A stretch of 64,000 nt of DNA from a virus (lineage: Duplodnaviria; Caudoviricetes). The notes beneath the pieces are model-generated. The model made no database searches. It saw only the letters and a list, made by a program, of their open reading frames with translations, and was not told the origin of the DNA. The stretch covers positions 1 through 64,000 of IMG/VR virus record IMGVR_UViG_3300043753_000023; one strand, 5' to 3'. The position numbers and the translations under genes are program-made. This document shows, piece after piece, positions 1-8,827 of the stretch (positions within the stretch are counted from its first letter, which is position 1; every line of letters begins with the position of its first letter).

Positions 1-1
1 G

Positions 2-436
2 CCGCCCAACCTCCGCCGTTTCATCCTGGCCCTCCCCGCCGGCCTCGAGCTCATCAACTCCAACCAGAGCCAGGCGCCCCGACGCCGTGCCCGCATCGTC
101 AAAGCCATCCGCGCCGCCGCCATGGAGGTCTGCATGGAAAACCCCGCCATGTGCGCAGCCCTCACCGCAGCCAACCCGAACCCCGTCCTGCGCCGGGCCC
201 ACATCATCGGTGTCCTCCACCCTCACGACCAGCGCCGCCGCGACCCCGCCAACTGGTACCCGTCCTTCAAGGGCGCTGTCGATGGCCTCGTCGATGCTGG
301 CGTGCTCGAGGACGACGACCACACCCGCGTCATCGGCCCGGACATGCGCATCGGATCTGTCGTCCGCGGTGGTCAACTGGTTCTGCACATCCGCGAGATC
401 GCCGTCGGCGACGTGGTGTACGGCGAGGCGGCGTGA
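2..436 (+). CDS. RusA-like Holliday junction resolvase (5'-truncated by the window edge)
   Basis: Frame open from base 2; motif RRRDPANWYPSFKGAVDGLVDAGVLEDDD resembles the RusA D-x-D-N...K...D...DD acidic pattern of actinophage resolvases. Confidence 0.7.
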   Translation, partial: PPNLRRFILALPAGLELINSNQSQAPRRRARIVKAIRAAAMEVCMENPAMCAALTAANPNPVLRRAHIIGVLHPHDQRRRDPANWYPSFKGAVDGLVDAGVLEDDDHTRVIGPDMRIGSVVRGGQLVLHIREIAVGDVVYGEAA

Positions 437-732
437 TGACCGGCGCCCGACGCGACTTCGTCCTCATCGACACCCGCGCCAGCAACGGGGACTCCCGCGG
501 CCTGTGCACGCTCGACGACACCCAGCTGTGGGACGGCGACACCAAGGCGGACGCCGAAGAGGCTCGCACGACCTGCGGCCGCTGCCCAATCCGTGACGCG
601 TGCCTCACCAATGCGCTCAACGAAGAAGGCGGCATCGTCCACACCGCACGCGGCGGGATCCGAGGCGGCCTCACGACGGCCGAACGTGCAGCACTGTGGC
701 GCAAACTGCACCGGAAGCCGGCTGCCGCATGA
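436..732 (+). CDS. whiB: WhiB-family Fe-S transcription factor
   Basis: Four Cys (LCT...TCGRCP..DACL) and a GIRGG variant of the G(V/I)WGG turn; start overlaps the upstream stop (GTGATG, 433/436). Confidence 0.85.
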   Translation: MTGARRDFVLIDTRASNGDSRGLCTLDDTQLWDGDTKADAEEARTTCGRCPIRDACLTNALNEEGGIVHTARGGIRGGLTTAERAALWRKLHRKPAAA

Positions 733-1325
733 AGAGTCGCCGGATCTGCAGGCTGGAAGGCTGCACCCGAACGGTCCACGGCCACGACCTGTGCAGCCCA
801 CACTACAAGCGCTGGAAGCGCTGGGGGGATCCGTTGATCCGTCGCCCCACAGCGCCAGCCGAGGGTCGCTTCTGGGTCAAGGTCGACAAGGCTGGGCCGG
901 TTCCGGCCCAGGGGGTAGCGTCCGGCCCCTGCTGGCAGTGGATGGCGGGCCGGACAGCCCAGGGCTACGGCGGCTTCCATCCAGCCGACGGCGGGATGGT
1001 CCTAGCGCATCGGTACTCATGGGAACTGCTGCGCGGGCCGATACCTGAGGGTCTCGTCATAGACCACCTGTGCCGGAACCGCAGGTGCGTAAACCCGGAC
1101 CATCTCGAAGTCGTGACTCTCGCAGAGAACACCCGCCGAGGCTTCGGAATCTCCACCTGGAACCGACTCAAGACCGAGTGCCCAGCAGGCCACCTGTACT
1201 CCGCCGAGAACACGTACATCAGCCCCAAGGGCAGCCGAATCTGCCGGGCCTGCGCTCGTGAGCGGGATCGCCAGCCCCACCGAAACTCCACCTACCGACG
1301 CCACAAGCAAAGGAGCGCCGCCTGA
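729..1325 (+). CDS. HNH homing-type endonuclease with flanking zinc-finger motifs
   Basis: CWQW...GYG...[42 protein letters not shown] is an HNH_3-type core; C-terminal CPAGH...CRAC; ATGA overlap with whiB. Confidence 0.9.
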   Translation: MKSRRICRLEGCTRTVHGHDLCSPHYKRWKRWGDPLIRRPTAPAEGRFWVKVDKAGPVPAQGVASGPCWQWMAGRTAQGYGGFHPADGGMVLAHRYSWELLRGPIPEGLVIDHLCRNRRCVNPDHLEVVTLAENTRRGFGISTWNRLKTECPAGHLYSAENTYISPKGSRICRACARERDRQPHRNSTYRRHKQRSAA

Positions 1326-1849
1326 TGGCTGGCGAGACCGTAGTCACCCTGGTCGGCAACATGGTCGACGATCCCGAGATTCGCTGGACCCCGTCCGGTG
1401 CTGCCGTCGCCAAGTTTCGCCTCGCCTCCACCCCGCGGACCTACGACAAGACCAAGAACGAGTGGGTCGACGGCGAGGCGCTGTTCCTCACGTGCAACGT
1501 GTGGCGTCAGCCCGCAGAGCACGTCGCCGAGAGCCTCCAGAAGGGCATGCGGGTCATCGTCTACGGCCGGCTCCGGCAGCGCTCGTACGAGACCAAGGAA
1601 GGCGAGAAGCGCACCGTCTTCGAGGTTGAGGTCGAGGAAGTCGGGCCGTCCCTGCGCAGCGCCACCGCGAAGGTCACCAAGGCACAGCGCAGCGGCAACG
1701 GGCAGCAGGGCGGCGGCCAGCGGCAGGCGCAGCAGGGTCCGTGGGGGCAGAACGGGGCTCAGGGCAGCGGCGGCTGGGGTCAGCAGAGCGGGGCACCCGG
1801 CGGTGGCTGGGGTGCATCGCGGGACAGCGGAACCGAGCCCCCGTTCTAG
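1325..1849 (+). CDS. ssb: Single-stranded DNA-binding protein
   Basis: [40 protein letters not shown]-fold N-terminus, G/Q-rich linker, actinobacterial EPPF tail. Confidence 0.97.
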   Translation: MAGETVVTLVGNMVDDPEIRWTPSGAAVAKFRLASTPRTYDKTKNEWVDGEALFLTCNVWRQPAEHVAESLQKGMRVIVYGRLRQRSYETKEGEKRTVFEVEVEEVGPSLRSATAKVTKAQRSGNGQQGGGQRQAQQGPWGQNGAQGSGGWGQQSGAPGGGWGASRDSGTEPPF

Positions 1850-1881
1850 ATCAACTCCCCACCTTCGACCAGGAGTCAACC

Positions 1882-2178
1882 ATGACCATCAGCATCGCCG
1901 ACCTCGACAAGGCCGCCGTCCTCGCCGCCCTCTACAACCACGCCCAACAGCAGGGCCGCGGCTACGCCGACCCGCGCGGCTACCAGCAGATGTCCGCCCC
2001 CGAAGCCGCCCAGGTTCTCGCCGCGCGGCCCGATGGCGACATTGACTACCTCTACGGACGGGGCCTCAAGGTCGACCTGTCCGGCGACACGCTCGACCCG
2101 TGGGGTTACGACCGGAACAACGGCGCCGGCGCAGCAGAACGTGCCATCCAGCCGCTTCGAGCGCGCATCACCGCGTAG
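1882..2178 (+). CDS. Conserved hypothetical phage protein
   Basis: AGGAG RBS, strong GC3 bias; LDKAAVLAALYN...DYLYGRGLKVDLSG...YDRNNGAGAA. Confidence 0.7.
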   Translation: MTISIADLDKAAVLAALYNHAQQQGRGYADPRGYQQMSAPEAAQVLAARPDGDIDYLYGRGLKVDLSGDTLDPWGYDRNNGAGAAERAIQPLRARITA

Positions 2179-2253
2179 CACGCCAGCCGCCCGGTCGGAC
2201 CACTCCGCCGGCCGGGCCCTACCCGCCAACTCCCCCTGAAAGAAGCGCCCCGC

Positions 2254-3393
2254 ATGGCACGTGGTCACGGCCGCATCCTCACCAGCGTCTGGGAGGACGG
2301 CGACTTCCTCACCCTGACGCAGGAACAGCAGCGCCTGTACCTGTTCCTCATCTCGCAGCCGAACCTGAACCACGCCGGGCTGCTCCCTCTGACCCTGCGC
2401 CGGTGGTCTCGCAAGGCCGCCGGCCTGACCCTCGATGAACTCGACAAGCACCTTGCCGCACTGGACGACGCCCGGTTCATCGTCGTCGACGACGACACCG
2501 AGGAGCTCCTTGTCCGATCGTTCGTCCGCAACGACGGCGTGTGGAAGCAGCCGAAGGTGATGGGCGCGATGGTGTCCGGCGCAATGGAGATCTCGTCGCG
2601 GCGTCTGCGCCGAGCACTGCTTGGCGAGGTGGGTCGGATCCCGTTGAACGAGCTCAGCGACGAAGCGACAAAGGCCCGCACTGGCGAGGGCCCTTCGATC
2701 CGCCAGCAGGTTGAGGAGCACATCGAAGCCCTTCGCCGGGCCTTCCGGGAGCCCGAGGGAACTCCCCCCGGAAGGGCCACGGCAGGGGCATCTGAAACCC
2801 CCTCAGCAACCCCCTGCGGAACCCCTTCCGCACCCCCCTCCGATGTCCTTGCCGATGGGCCTGCGGAACCCTCTATGCGTGCGGGCGCAGGCGCGCATGG
2901 CGCGCGCGCTCCCCTGCCCCTGCCCCTGCCCCTGTCCCCTGCCCCTATCCCCAGCCCCGTACAAGACGTCGTGGCAACCATCGTGGAAATCCGACCCGCC
3001 GCACCGACCCCCGCTGCCGAGCCTGTTCGGCTCGACGTCGAGCAGGCCTGCACGCTCCTCGCCGACCTGATCGAGGCCAACGGCAGCCGTCGGCCCACCG
3101 TCACCCAGCGGTGGCGCGACGAATGCCGCCGCATGATCGACCTCGACAAGGTCGCCCTTGAGGACGTCCTCGGTGCGATCCGCTGGTCCCAAGCCGACTC
3201 GTTTTGGTGCAGCAACATTCTGTCGATGCCCAAGCTCCGCGAGAAGTACGACCAGTTGCGCCTCCGCGCCCAAGGTCAGCGCGCCACCACGACCAGCCTT
3301 GCCGCCACCGGTACCGACGCCCGCATCGCCGAGCACTACGCCGTCAAAGCGCAGATGGCCGCCCTGTACGACGCCAAGGAGATCGACAAGTGA
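2254..3393 (+). CDS. Phage replication initiator 1 (actinophage Rep-like)
   Basis: N-terminal winged-helix-like MARGHGRILTSVWEDGDF...LYLFLISQP; Pro-rich linker; C-terminal WSQADSFWCSNILSMPKLREKYDQL typical of O-like initiators; follows ssb. Confidence 0.75.
   Translation: MARGHGRILTSVWEDGDFLTLTQEQQRLYLFLISQPNLNHAGLLPLTLRRWSRKAAGLTLDELDKHLAALDDARFIVVDDDTEELLVRSFVRNDGVWKQPKVMGAMVSGAMEISSRRLRRALLGEVGRIPLNELSDEATKARTGEGPSIRQQVEEHIEALRRAFREPEGTPPGRATAGASETPSATPCGTPSAPPSDVLADGPAEPSMRAGAGAHGARAPLPLPLPLSPAPIPSPVQDVVATIVEIRPAAPTPAAEPVRLDVEQACTLLADLIEANGSRRPTVTQRWRDECRRMIDLDKVALEDVLGAIRWSQADSFWCSNILSMPKLREKYDQLRLRAQGQRATTTSLAATGTDARIAEHYAVKAQMAALYDAKEIDK
2794..2841 (+). repeat. Four 12-bp tandem repeats (putative origin iterons) inside rep1
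   Basis: GAAACCCCCTCA, GCAACCCCCTGC, GGAACCCCTTCC, GCACCCCCCTCC at 2794, 2806, 2818, 2830. Confidence 0.55.
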
Positions 3394-4019
3394 ACCCCTT
3401 CGAAGCCGCCGACCTCCTCGCCTACGCCGCCGCCTTCGATAACCGTCACCCGTCCATTGCCGCCAACAAGGCATGGGCCAACGCCCTCGCCGACATCCCT
3501 CTCGACCAGGACGTCTACGACGCCATCGACGCGTACTACTCCGAGCCCACCGAACCCGGGCAGCGCCACTGGCTGATGCCCTACCACGTCCGGTACTACC
3601 GCCAACTCGCCCGCGGGCAGCGCATAGACGCCGCCAATGTGGCCTACGACGGCAACCCTGACGAGACCGGACTCGAATCGGCTCGCAGCCTCCGTGAACT
3701 GATCCGCCGGGCTGGCGACGGTCAACTCGGCGACCGACCCATCCTGCAGGCGATCCCCGATCGACGCCCCGCAGAGCTCACCGCTGGCAGGAGTAGCCGG
3801 CTGCAGGAAGCCATCGCCGCGATCGGCACCCTGCCGCCTCGCATCGTTCCCGGGGTCACCAACCCGCTCGCCGTCGGCTGCCCCCACTGCACCGCAGTCG
3901 CCGGCCGGCCCTGCCACACATCCCACGGCAAGCGCACCATGGTCGACCCGCACTCATCCCGGGTTGAACGCGCCCAACGGGCCGCGGCTGGCCTCGACGA
4001 CAAGGGCGCGGCATCGTGA
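3390..4019 (+). CDS. Initiator-linked protein (helicase-loader-like position) with C-terminal zinc finger
   Basis: GTGA overlap with rep1; VNPFEAADLLAYAAAFDNR N-terminus; CPHC-x6-C-x11-H. Confidence 0.6.
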   Translation: MNPFEAADLLAYAAAFDNRHPSIAANKAWANALADIPLDQDVYDAIDAYYSEPTEPGQRHWLMPYHVRYYRQLARGQRIDAANVAYDGNPDETGLESARSLRELIRRAGDGQLGDRPILQAIPDRRPAELTAGRSSRLQEAIAAIGTLPPRIVPGVTNPLAVGCPHCTAVAGRPCHTSHGKRTMVDPHSSRVERAQRAAAGLDDKGAAS

Positions 4020-4243
4020 CCGACCACGTCTGGCTCCCGTACCTGCGCGGCCAACTCCGCCGCGAGCAGCCACCCGAACTACAGATCGACTGCCCGCACT
4101 GCGGCGCCACGGTCGGACACCCGTGCCACGGGCCATCCGGGCGGGGGCTACACCAGGCGCACGCGTCGCGGCTCGAAGCGGCCGGCGTGCTGCCGAAGGT
4201 CGTGCAGGCGTCACGGCCGGGTGATGGTCATGACCTTCCCTGA
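4016..4243 (+). CDS. Small zinc-finger protein
   Basis: CPHCGATVGHPCHGPSGRGLHQAHASRL; GTGA overlap. Confidence 0.65.
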   Translation: MTDHVWLPYLRGQLRREQPPELQIDCPHCGATVGHPCHGPSGRGLHQAHASRLEAAGVLPKVVQASRPGDGHDLP

Positions 4244-4442
4244 TCCGGTAGCCGACGCGGTGGCCGCGGTTGTCGCTGCGGTGATCGAGGACTATCCGTT
4301 CGCGCTGGCCAGGCGGCAAGGCGAGCTGGTGGTGGAGCAGCTGCGCCGGGACGGCTGGGTGATCTGCGCACCGGAGGCCGAGAGCACCCCGACGGCGACC
4401 AATTCAGCCAAAGGCCTCCGAGGGGCCTCTGAGGCCGCGTGA
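4230..4442 (+). CDS. Hypothetical protein
   Basis: MTFPDPVADAVAA...; coupled to the previous ORF. Confidence 0.5.
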   Translation: MTFPDPVADAVAAVVAAVIEDYPFALARRQGELVVEQLRRDGWVICAPEAESTPTATNSAKGLRGASEAA

Positions 4443-4520
4443 GATCGCGCCTGGCCCTGGACTGCCATCAGGCCATCACGAGCCGCCTACGGCTCCATTA
4501 CTCGAAGATTTGAGGCACAC

Positions 4521-4715
4521 ATGAGCATCATCCACGCCCCCAATGCCATTCCCGCCCCATGGAGGCAGGAACTGACCCCCGAACAGCGGGCCCTCGCCAA
4601 GGAGCTCACCCTTCGCGCCAACCGCCTCCGCGACGGTGTCGCAGCCGGCGGCGACAGCCTGTCGATCCGCGAGGCCCTCAACCTCGCCGCCGTGCAGATG
4701 GGGGTGGCGTTGTGA
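4521..4715 (+). CDS. Hypothetical protein
   Basis: GAGG RBS; 64 aa with coding-like GC3. Confidence 0.55.
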   Translation: MSIIHAPNAIPAPWRQELTPEQRALAKELTLRANRLRDGVAAGGDSLSIREALNLAAVQMGVAL

Positions 4716-5077
4716 GCGGCGGGACGTTTCCGGTCGGCAATCGCGCGCAGACGCAGCTGCCGTCCCGGGCGCAGCTGTTGGTGCTGGTTGCCGCGGTCGA
4801 GGGTCGGGAGTTGACGCCCAGCGAGCCCCGCCTGCTTGGCCAGGGTGTGAAGCGCCTGATGGCACGACTGGACGCCTTGCGGAACGAGCGTGACACCGCG
4901 GTACGAGCCCGCGATGAGGCGCTGCGCCAGGCAGGCTCGCCACTGATGGTGTCGTGCGGCTACTGCAAGGCGCCGGTCGGCAGGCGATGCGTGTCGAAAA
5001 GTGACGGCACGGTCGTGCTGACGCCGCACACGGCCCGTCTGCATGCGCTGAGCCGCCGGCTGGAGGTGGCGTCGTGA
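4712..5077 (+). CDS. Coiled-coil plus zinc-finger protein
   Basis: GTGA overlap; CGYCKAPVGRRCVSKSDGTVVLTPHTARL. Confidence 0.6.
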   Translation: MSGGTFPVGNRAQTQLPSRAQLLVLVAAVEGRELTPSEPRLLGQGVKRLMARLDALRNERDTAVRARDEALRQAGSPLMVSCGYCKAPVGRRCVSKSDGTVVLTPHTARLHALSRRLEVAS

Positions 5078-5562
5078 CTCACAGCGGCGTGCGGCGTGAT
5101 CAGCCGTTGACGGCTCGGGAGATCGAGGTTGTGACCGCGGTTTCCGGTGGGCGCAGCAATCGTGAGGCTGCGGATGTACTTGGCATCGGTGCGGACACGG
5201 TTCGGATTCACCTGGCGCGGATCGGTACGAAGCTCGGCGCGACTGGCCGTACGGAGATCATCGCGGCGGCCGTGCGCAGCGGGCAGGTTCGTTCGGTGTC
5301 GTTGCGCGCGGAGCGGGTGGCCGTGCGGGTGGCATCCCATGGCGGGTTGTCGTTGCGGGAGCGGGCGATTCGGCGGGCGCTGATGGCGTGGGCTGATGAG
5401 TTCGAGGTGCGAGTGACGGTGCGCCAGGTTGAGGCGGCGGTGCCGTTGGTGGAGCGGGCGGTGCGCCGGTTTGAGATGGCGGCTGTGACTGGAGGGCGGA
5501 AGCCGGGTTCGTCGGCGGAGGATGCGCGGTTGATTGCGCGCCGACTGGAGGGCCGACGGTGA
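5074..5562 (+). CDS. LuxR-type HTH regulator
   Basis: PLTAREIEVVTAVSGGRSNREAADVLGIGADTVRIHLARIGTKLGATGRTEII matches the GerE/LuxR HTH. Confidence 0.9.
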   Translation: MTHSGVRRDQPLTAREIEVVTAVSGGRSNREAADVLGIGADTVRIHLARIGTKLGATGRTEIIAAAVRSGQVRSVSLRAERVAVRVASHGGLSLRERAIRRALMAWADEFEVRVTVRQVEAAVPLVERAVRRFEMAAVTGGRKPGSSAEDARLIARRLEGRR

Positions 5563-5623
5563 CCGGGCACGCGAATGCGCCGCTCGGCGGTGGTGCCGGC
5601 GGCTGGCGGGGCGGGGCGGGCTA

Positions 5624-5893
5624 CTACTCGGCCGGCGGGTGCTCGGCGGCGTTCTTGCGGGCGGTTTCGGTGCGCTTGGCGTAGGCCGGGTCGGGCCCGA
5701 TGCCTTCGTCGCGTGCGAGCTTGCGAACGTGGGCGGCGGTCCAGGGCGAGGCTGGGGCGATCTCGCCGCGTTTGACGGTGGAGTCGCGGTAGGCATCGAA
5801 GATGGCCTGCTCGAGGGCGCGCCGGCTCTTCTCGAACTGTTTGGTCGCGGCCTCGATGGCTGCGATGCGTGGGTGCTTCGTCTTGTCGGCCAT
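5624..5893 (-). CDS. Small putative HTH repressor, probably leaderless
   Basis: EIAPASPWTAAHVRKLAR helix-turn-helix-like segment; TACCCT -10 at 5905-5900 lies 6 nt before ATG with no RBS. Confidence 0.55.
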   Translation of the reverse strand: MADKTKHPRIAAIEAATKQFEKSRRALEQAIFDAYRDSTVKRGEIAPASPWTAAHVRKLARDEGIGPDPAYAKRTETARKNAAEHPPAE

Positions 5894-6037
5894 GGTTCAA
5901 GGGTAGCGATGACGTCAAGCGCTGAGAATCAGCGCAACTTTCCATCGCTAGTCCCTTGCGATCATGGACCCGAGGGGGGCAAACTAGAGACACAAAGCAG
6001 CGCTGCAAAGAAGCGCTCAATCTCTGGGGAGGCCACG
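5894..6037. promoter_or_regulatory. Divergent promoter/operator region
   Basis: Palindrome GCGCTGA-GAA-TCAGCGC (5919-5935); inverted pair TAGCGATG (5904-5911)/CATCGCTA (5943-5950); candidate rightward promoter TTGCGA-18-CAAACT (5956-5985). Confidence 0.55.
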
Positions 6038-7654
6038 ATGCTCGCCACCACCCGCACCGCCCGCCGCATCGTCAAGGCCCGCATCCACAATCAGCGCCAG
6101 ACCAGCAAGGCCCTGCGCAGCGGTGGCCCGCTGACCGCGAAGACCGCCCTGATCCAGCGCGGCATGGACGCCGCAACCGCCGAGCGCTTCGCCTCCGCCT
6201 TCTCCGAGGCCGCTGGCCCGGGTGTCGGTCAGGTGACCGTCGTACAGGTCCGCCGCTCCAAGACCACCGGCCAGATCCGCACCTTCAACGTCCCGGCGAA
6301 GACCTTCGCCCCCGCCCAGATCGACGCCGCGCTCGCCGTCTACCGCCCGAAGACCAACAAGGCCGCCGCCGAGCTGTTCGCCCGCCTCGCGCTCGCCGCC
6401 TGACCGCCCTCTCGACCATCAGCCGCCGTATCACCTGTACCAGAGGAGACGCCATGTTCACCCTGCGCTTCGAGACCCTGTCCGGCGCCCCGTTCTACTT
6501 CCCGAACCTCTACCGGGGCGAGGTTGAGCAGAAGGGCGCGATCGCTCTCCGCTTCGGCGCGGTCAACATCGAGGTCGTCAACCTGTACGGCACCGACGTC
6601 ACGTTCGACTTCGCGGTCTTCTGCAACGCCTGACCACCAGAGACCGCCACCGCTGCCTAGGAGCCCTCGTGTCTCACCCCGTCTTCTACACCTCGTTCGC
6701 CGGAACCTCCACGACGATCCTCACCCGCGACATGGAGCTGTCGCAGGACTCGGCCCAGCACTCGATCGGTGCCGCAGCGATCCTCGGCTACTCGACCCTC
6801 TCGCTGCGCGTCGCCGGCCGCGACGGCTCCCGCCGCCTGCTCGTCGCCATCCTGCGGGCCGGCCAGGTCAGCCAGGTCTACGACTTCGCCGACACGTACT
6901 GCGGCAGCGCCCCGCCCGACTTCGCCTGACCGCCACCCAGACCACCCGCCCGCGCACCACGCCCAGGAAGACCCCCGCCATGACCGCCACCGATGTCCCC
7001 CAGCCAACTGTCTACCAGGCGGCGCTCAACGCCGTGCACGAGCACTGCAACCAGTGCGCCAACTGTCGCGAGGCCCGCCGCTACGGAACCTGGCCGACAA
7101 CCGCCTGCAGCATCGGCAAGAAGCTGCGGCGTGACGCGGCCCGCGCCTTCGGCCGCTGATTCCTCTGAGCTCCAGGAGCACCCCGATGCCCGAGATCACC
7201 ACCGAGGCCGACGCCCAGCACGCCGTCTCCATGTCCTACCGCTACTCCGCCAGCGCCTTCGAGCCCATCACCCGCGACGACGGCACGCTGCTCGGCTGGA
7301 CCTTCGCCACCGCCCGCAGCGGCAACTACGGCTGGGTCCTCACCGACGGCCGCGTCAGCCCCGCCACCGAGTGGTTCCGCAGTGACGCCGAGGCCTACGC
7401 CTGCCGTATCGCCGCCTGATCCCCCCGATCTGGCCGGGCTGGCCGTGACGTCACCGACCCGCCCGGCCGCCAACCACCGCACCCCGCCTGAACGGAGACC
7501 CGCCATGGAGACCCTGCCCTTGTTCCCCATCGATGACCTGTACATCGTTCCGACTGTGGTCGAGCCGGAGCCCGAGGATGAGCCCGAGCCCGAGCCGGCC
7601 TGCGCCGTGCTCCCCGGCCAGCTGGACCTGTTCACCGGCGAGGTGGCAGCGTGA
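6038..7654 (+). other. Run of six small hypothetical CDSs
   Basis: 6038-6403, 6454-6633, 6669-6929, 6980-7159, 7186-7419, 7505-7654; each has a GGAG-type RBS and C/G-ending codons. Confidence 0.65.
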
Positions 7655-8790
7655 GGCTGCGCCTCGCTCAGAGGGATCTGGCGGCAGCCGCGAAGTCTGC
7701 GGCCCGCCAGGTCCCGGCGCGGCCGCTGCCGCCGATCCTGGCCGGCGTCCTGCTGGAGGCGGCAGACGACCAGCTGTCCGTGTCGGGCTTCGACTTCGAG
7801 GCCTCGGCGACCGCGATCGTTCCGGCCGACGTGTTGGAGCCGGGCCGGATTGTAGTGCCCGGCAAGCTGCTCGCGGACATCGCCGGGGTGCTGCCGACTG
7901 GTGACGTCGACCTGTTCCTGAACGGCGGCGAGGCGGTCTTCGAGCGCGGCGACGCCAGGTTCACCCTGGCCCTGCTGCCCGTTGGCGAGTATCCGACGCT
8001 GCCGGTGATGCCGCCCGCGTCGGGCACCGTGCCGGGTGATCTGCTCGCTTCTGCGGTCGTACATGCCGCTGGGGCGACCGCGGAATTGAAGGACTCCACC
8101 GGGACACTGTCGGGGATGGCCGGCGTCAACCTGGCTGTCGAGGACGGCTACTTGGTGGTACGGGCAACGGACCGGTACACCGTGGTGGAGCACCACCTGC
8201 CGTGGGATGGCGAGCAGGCGGATGCGGTGACTGTGTCGCCGCGGATCCTGGCCGACGCTGCGCGGGCTACGGCTGGCGGCGACGTGCACCTGTCGCTCGG
8301 CGGCACCCTGCTGGGCGCGGCTGGTGTCGGTTCGTCGGCGGTGGTGCGGACTTTCGCGGATCCGTTTCCGGCAAGGATCTCCGAGGTCTGGCCGAAGGAA
8401 CTGGCGGCCACGCTCGAGATCGACGCCGGGCAGTTGCTGGCCGCAGTGCGCCGGATCGCACTGGTGGCCGAGGGGAGCACGCCGCTGCTGATCGAGGCGA
8501 CAGCGGATTCGCTGGTACTGCAGGCGGCGAATGGCTCGGCGGCACGAGGCCGAGAGCGGATCGACGCGGTGCTGGAAGGCCCGGAGTCGTTCCGGGTCGC
8601 ATTCCAGCCGCGGCGTCTGATGACGGCTCTGGCGCCGCTGTCAGGCCTGCTTCAGGTCGGGCTGACGACGCCGACGCGGCCGGCTGTCTTCCGGTCGGCC
8701 GACGATCCGGACCGGTACCGATGCCTGGTGATGCCGGTGCGGCATGACTGGGTGACCGCCACCCGTCCGCCGGCCCGCGCGGCGGCCTGA
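7651..8790 (+). CDS. dnaN: DNA polymerase III beta sliding clamp homologue
   Basis: 379 aa; RQVPARPLPPILAGVLL...FDFEAS...VVPGKLLADI...EYPTLP...ATDRY...VAFQPRRL...YRCLVMPVR follows the three-domain DnaN pattern. Confidence 0.9.
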   Translation: MRLRLAQRDLAAAAKSAARQVPARPLPPILAGVLLEAADDQLSVSGFDFEASATAIVPADVLEPGRIVVPGKLLADIAGVLPTGDVDLFLNGGEAVFERGDARFTLALLPVGEYPTLPVMPPASGTVPGDLLASAVVHAAGATAELKDSTGTLSGMAGVNLAVEDGYLVVRATDRYTVVEHHLPWDGEQADAVTVSPRILADAARATAGGDVHLSLGGTLLGAAGVGSSAVVRTFADPFPARISEVWPKELAATLEIDAGQLLAAVRRIALVAEGSTPLLIEATADSLVLQAANGSAARGRERIDAVLEGPESFRVAFQPRRLMTALAPLSGLLQVGLTTPTRPAVFRSADDPDRYRCLVMPVRHDWVTATRPPARAAA

Positions 8791-8827
8791 AGCCGCACAT
8801 CCAACCACCACCTGCGAGGAGTTCAGC

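Noticed and set aside
729-1325. HNH gene as the packaging-associated HNH or part of an intron
   Set aside because: It is far from the terminase, sits between intact whiB and ssb with coupled start/stop codons, and no split host gene is seen; treated as a free-standing endonuclease
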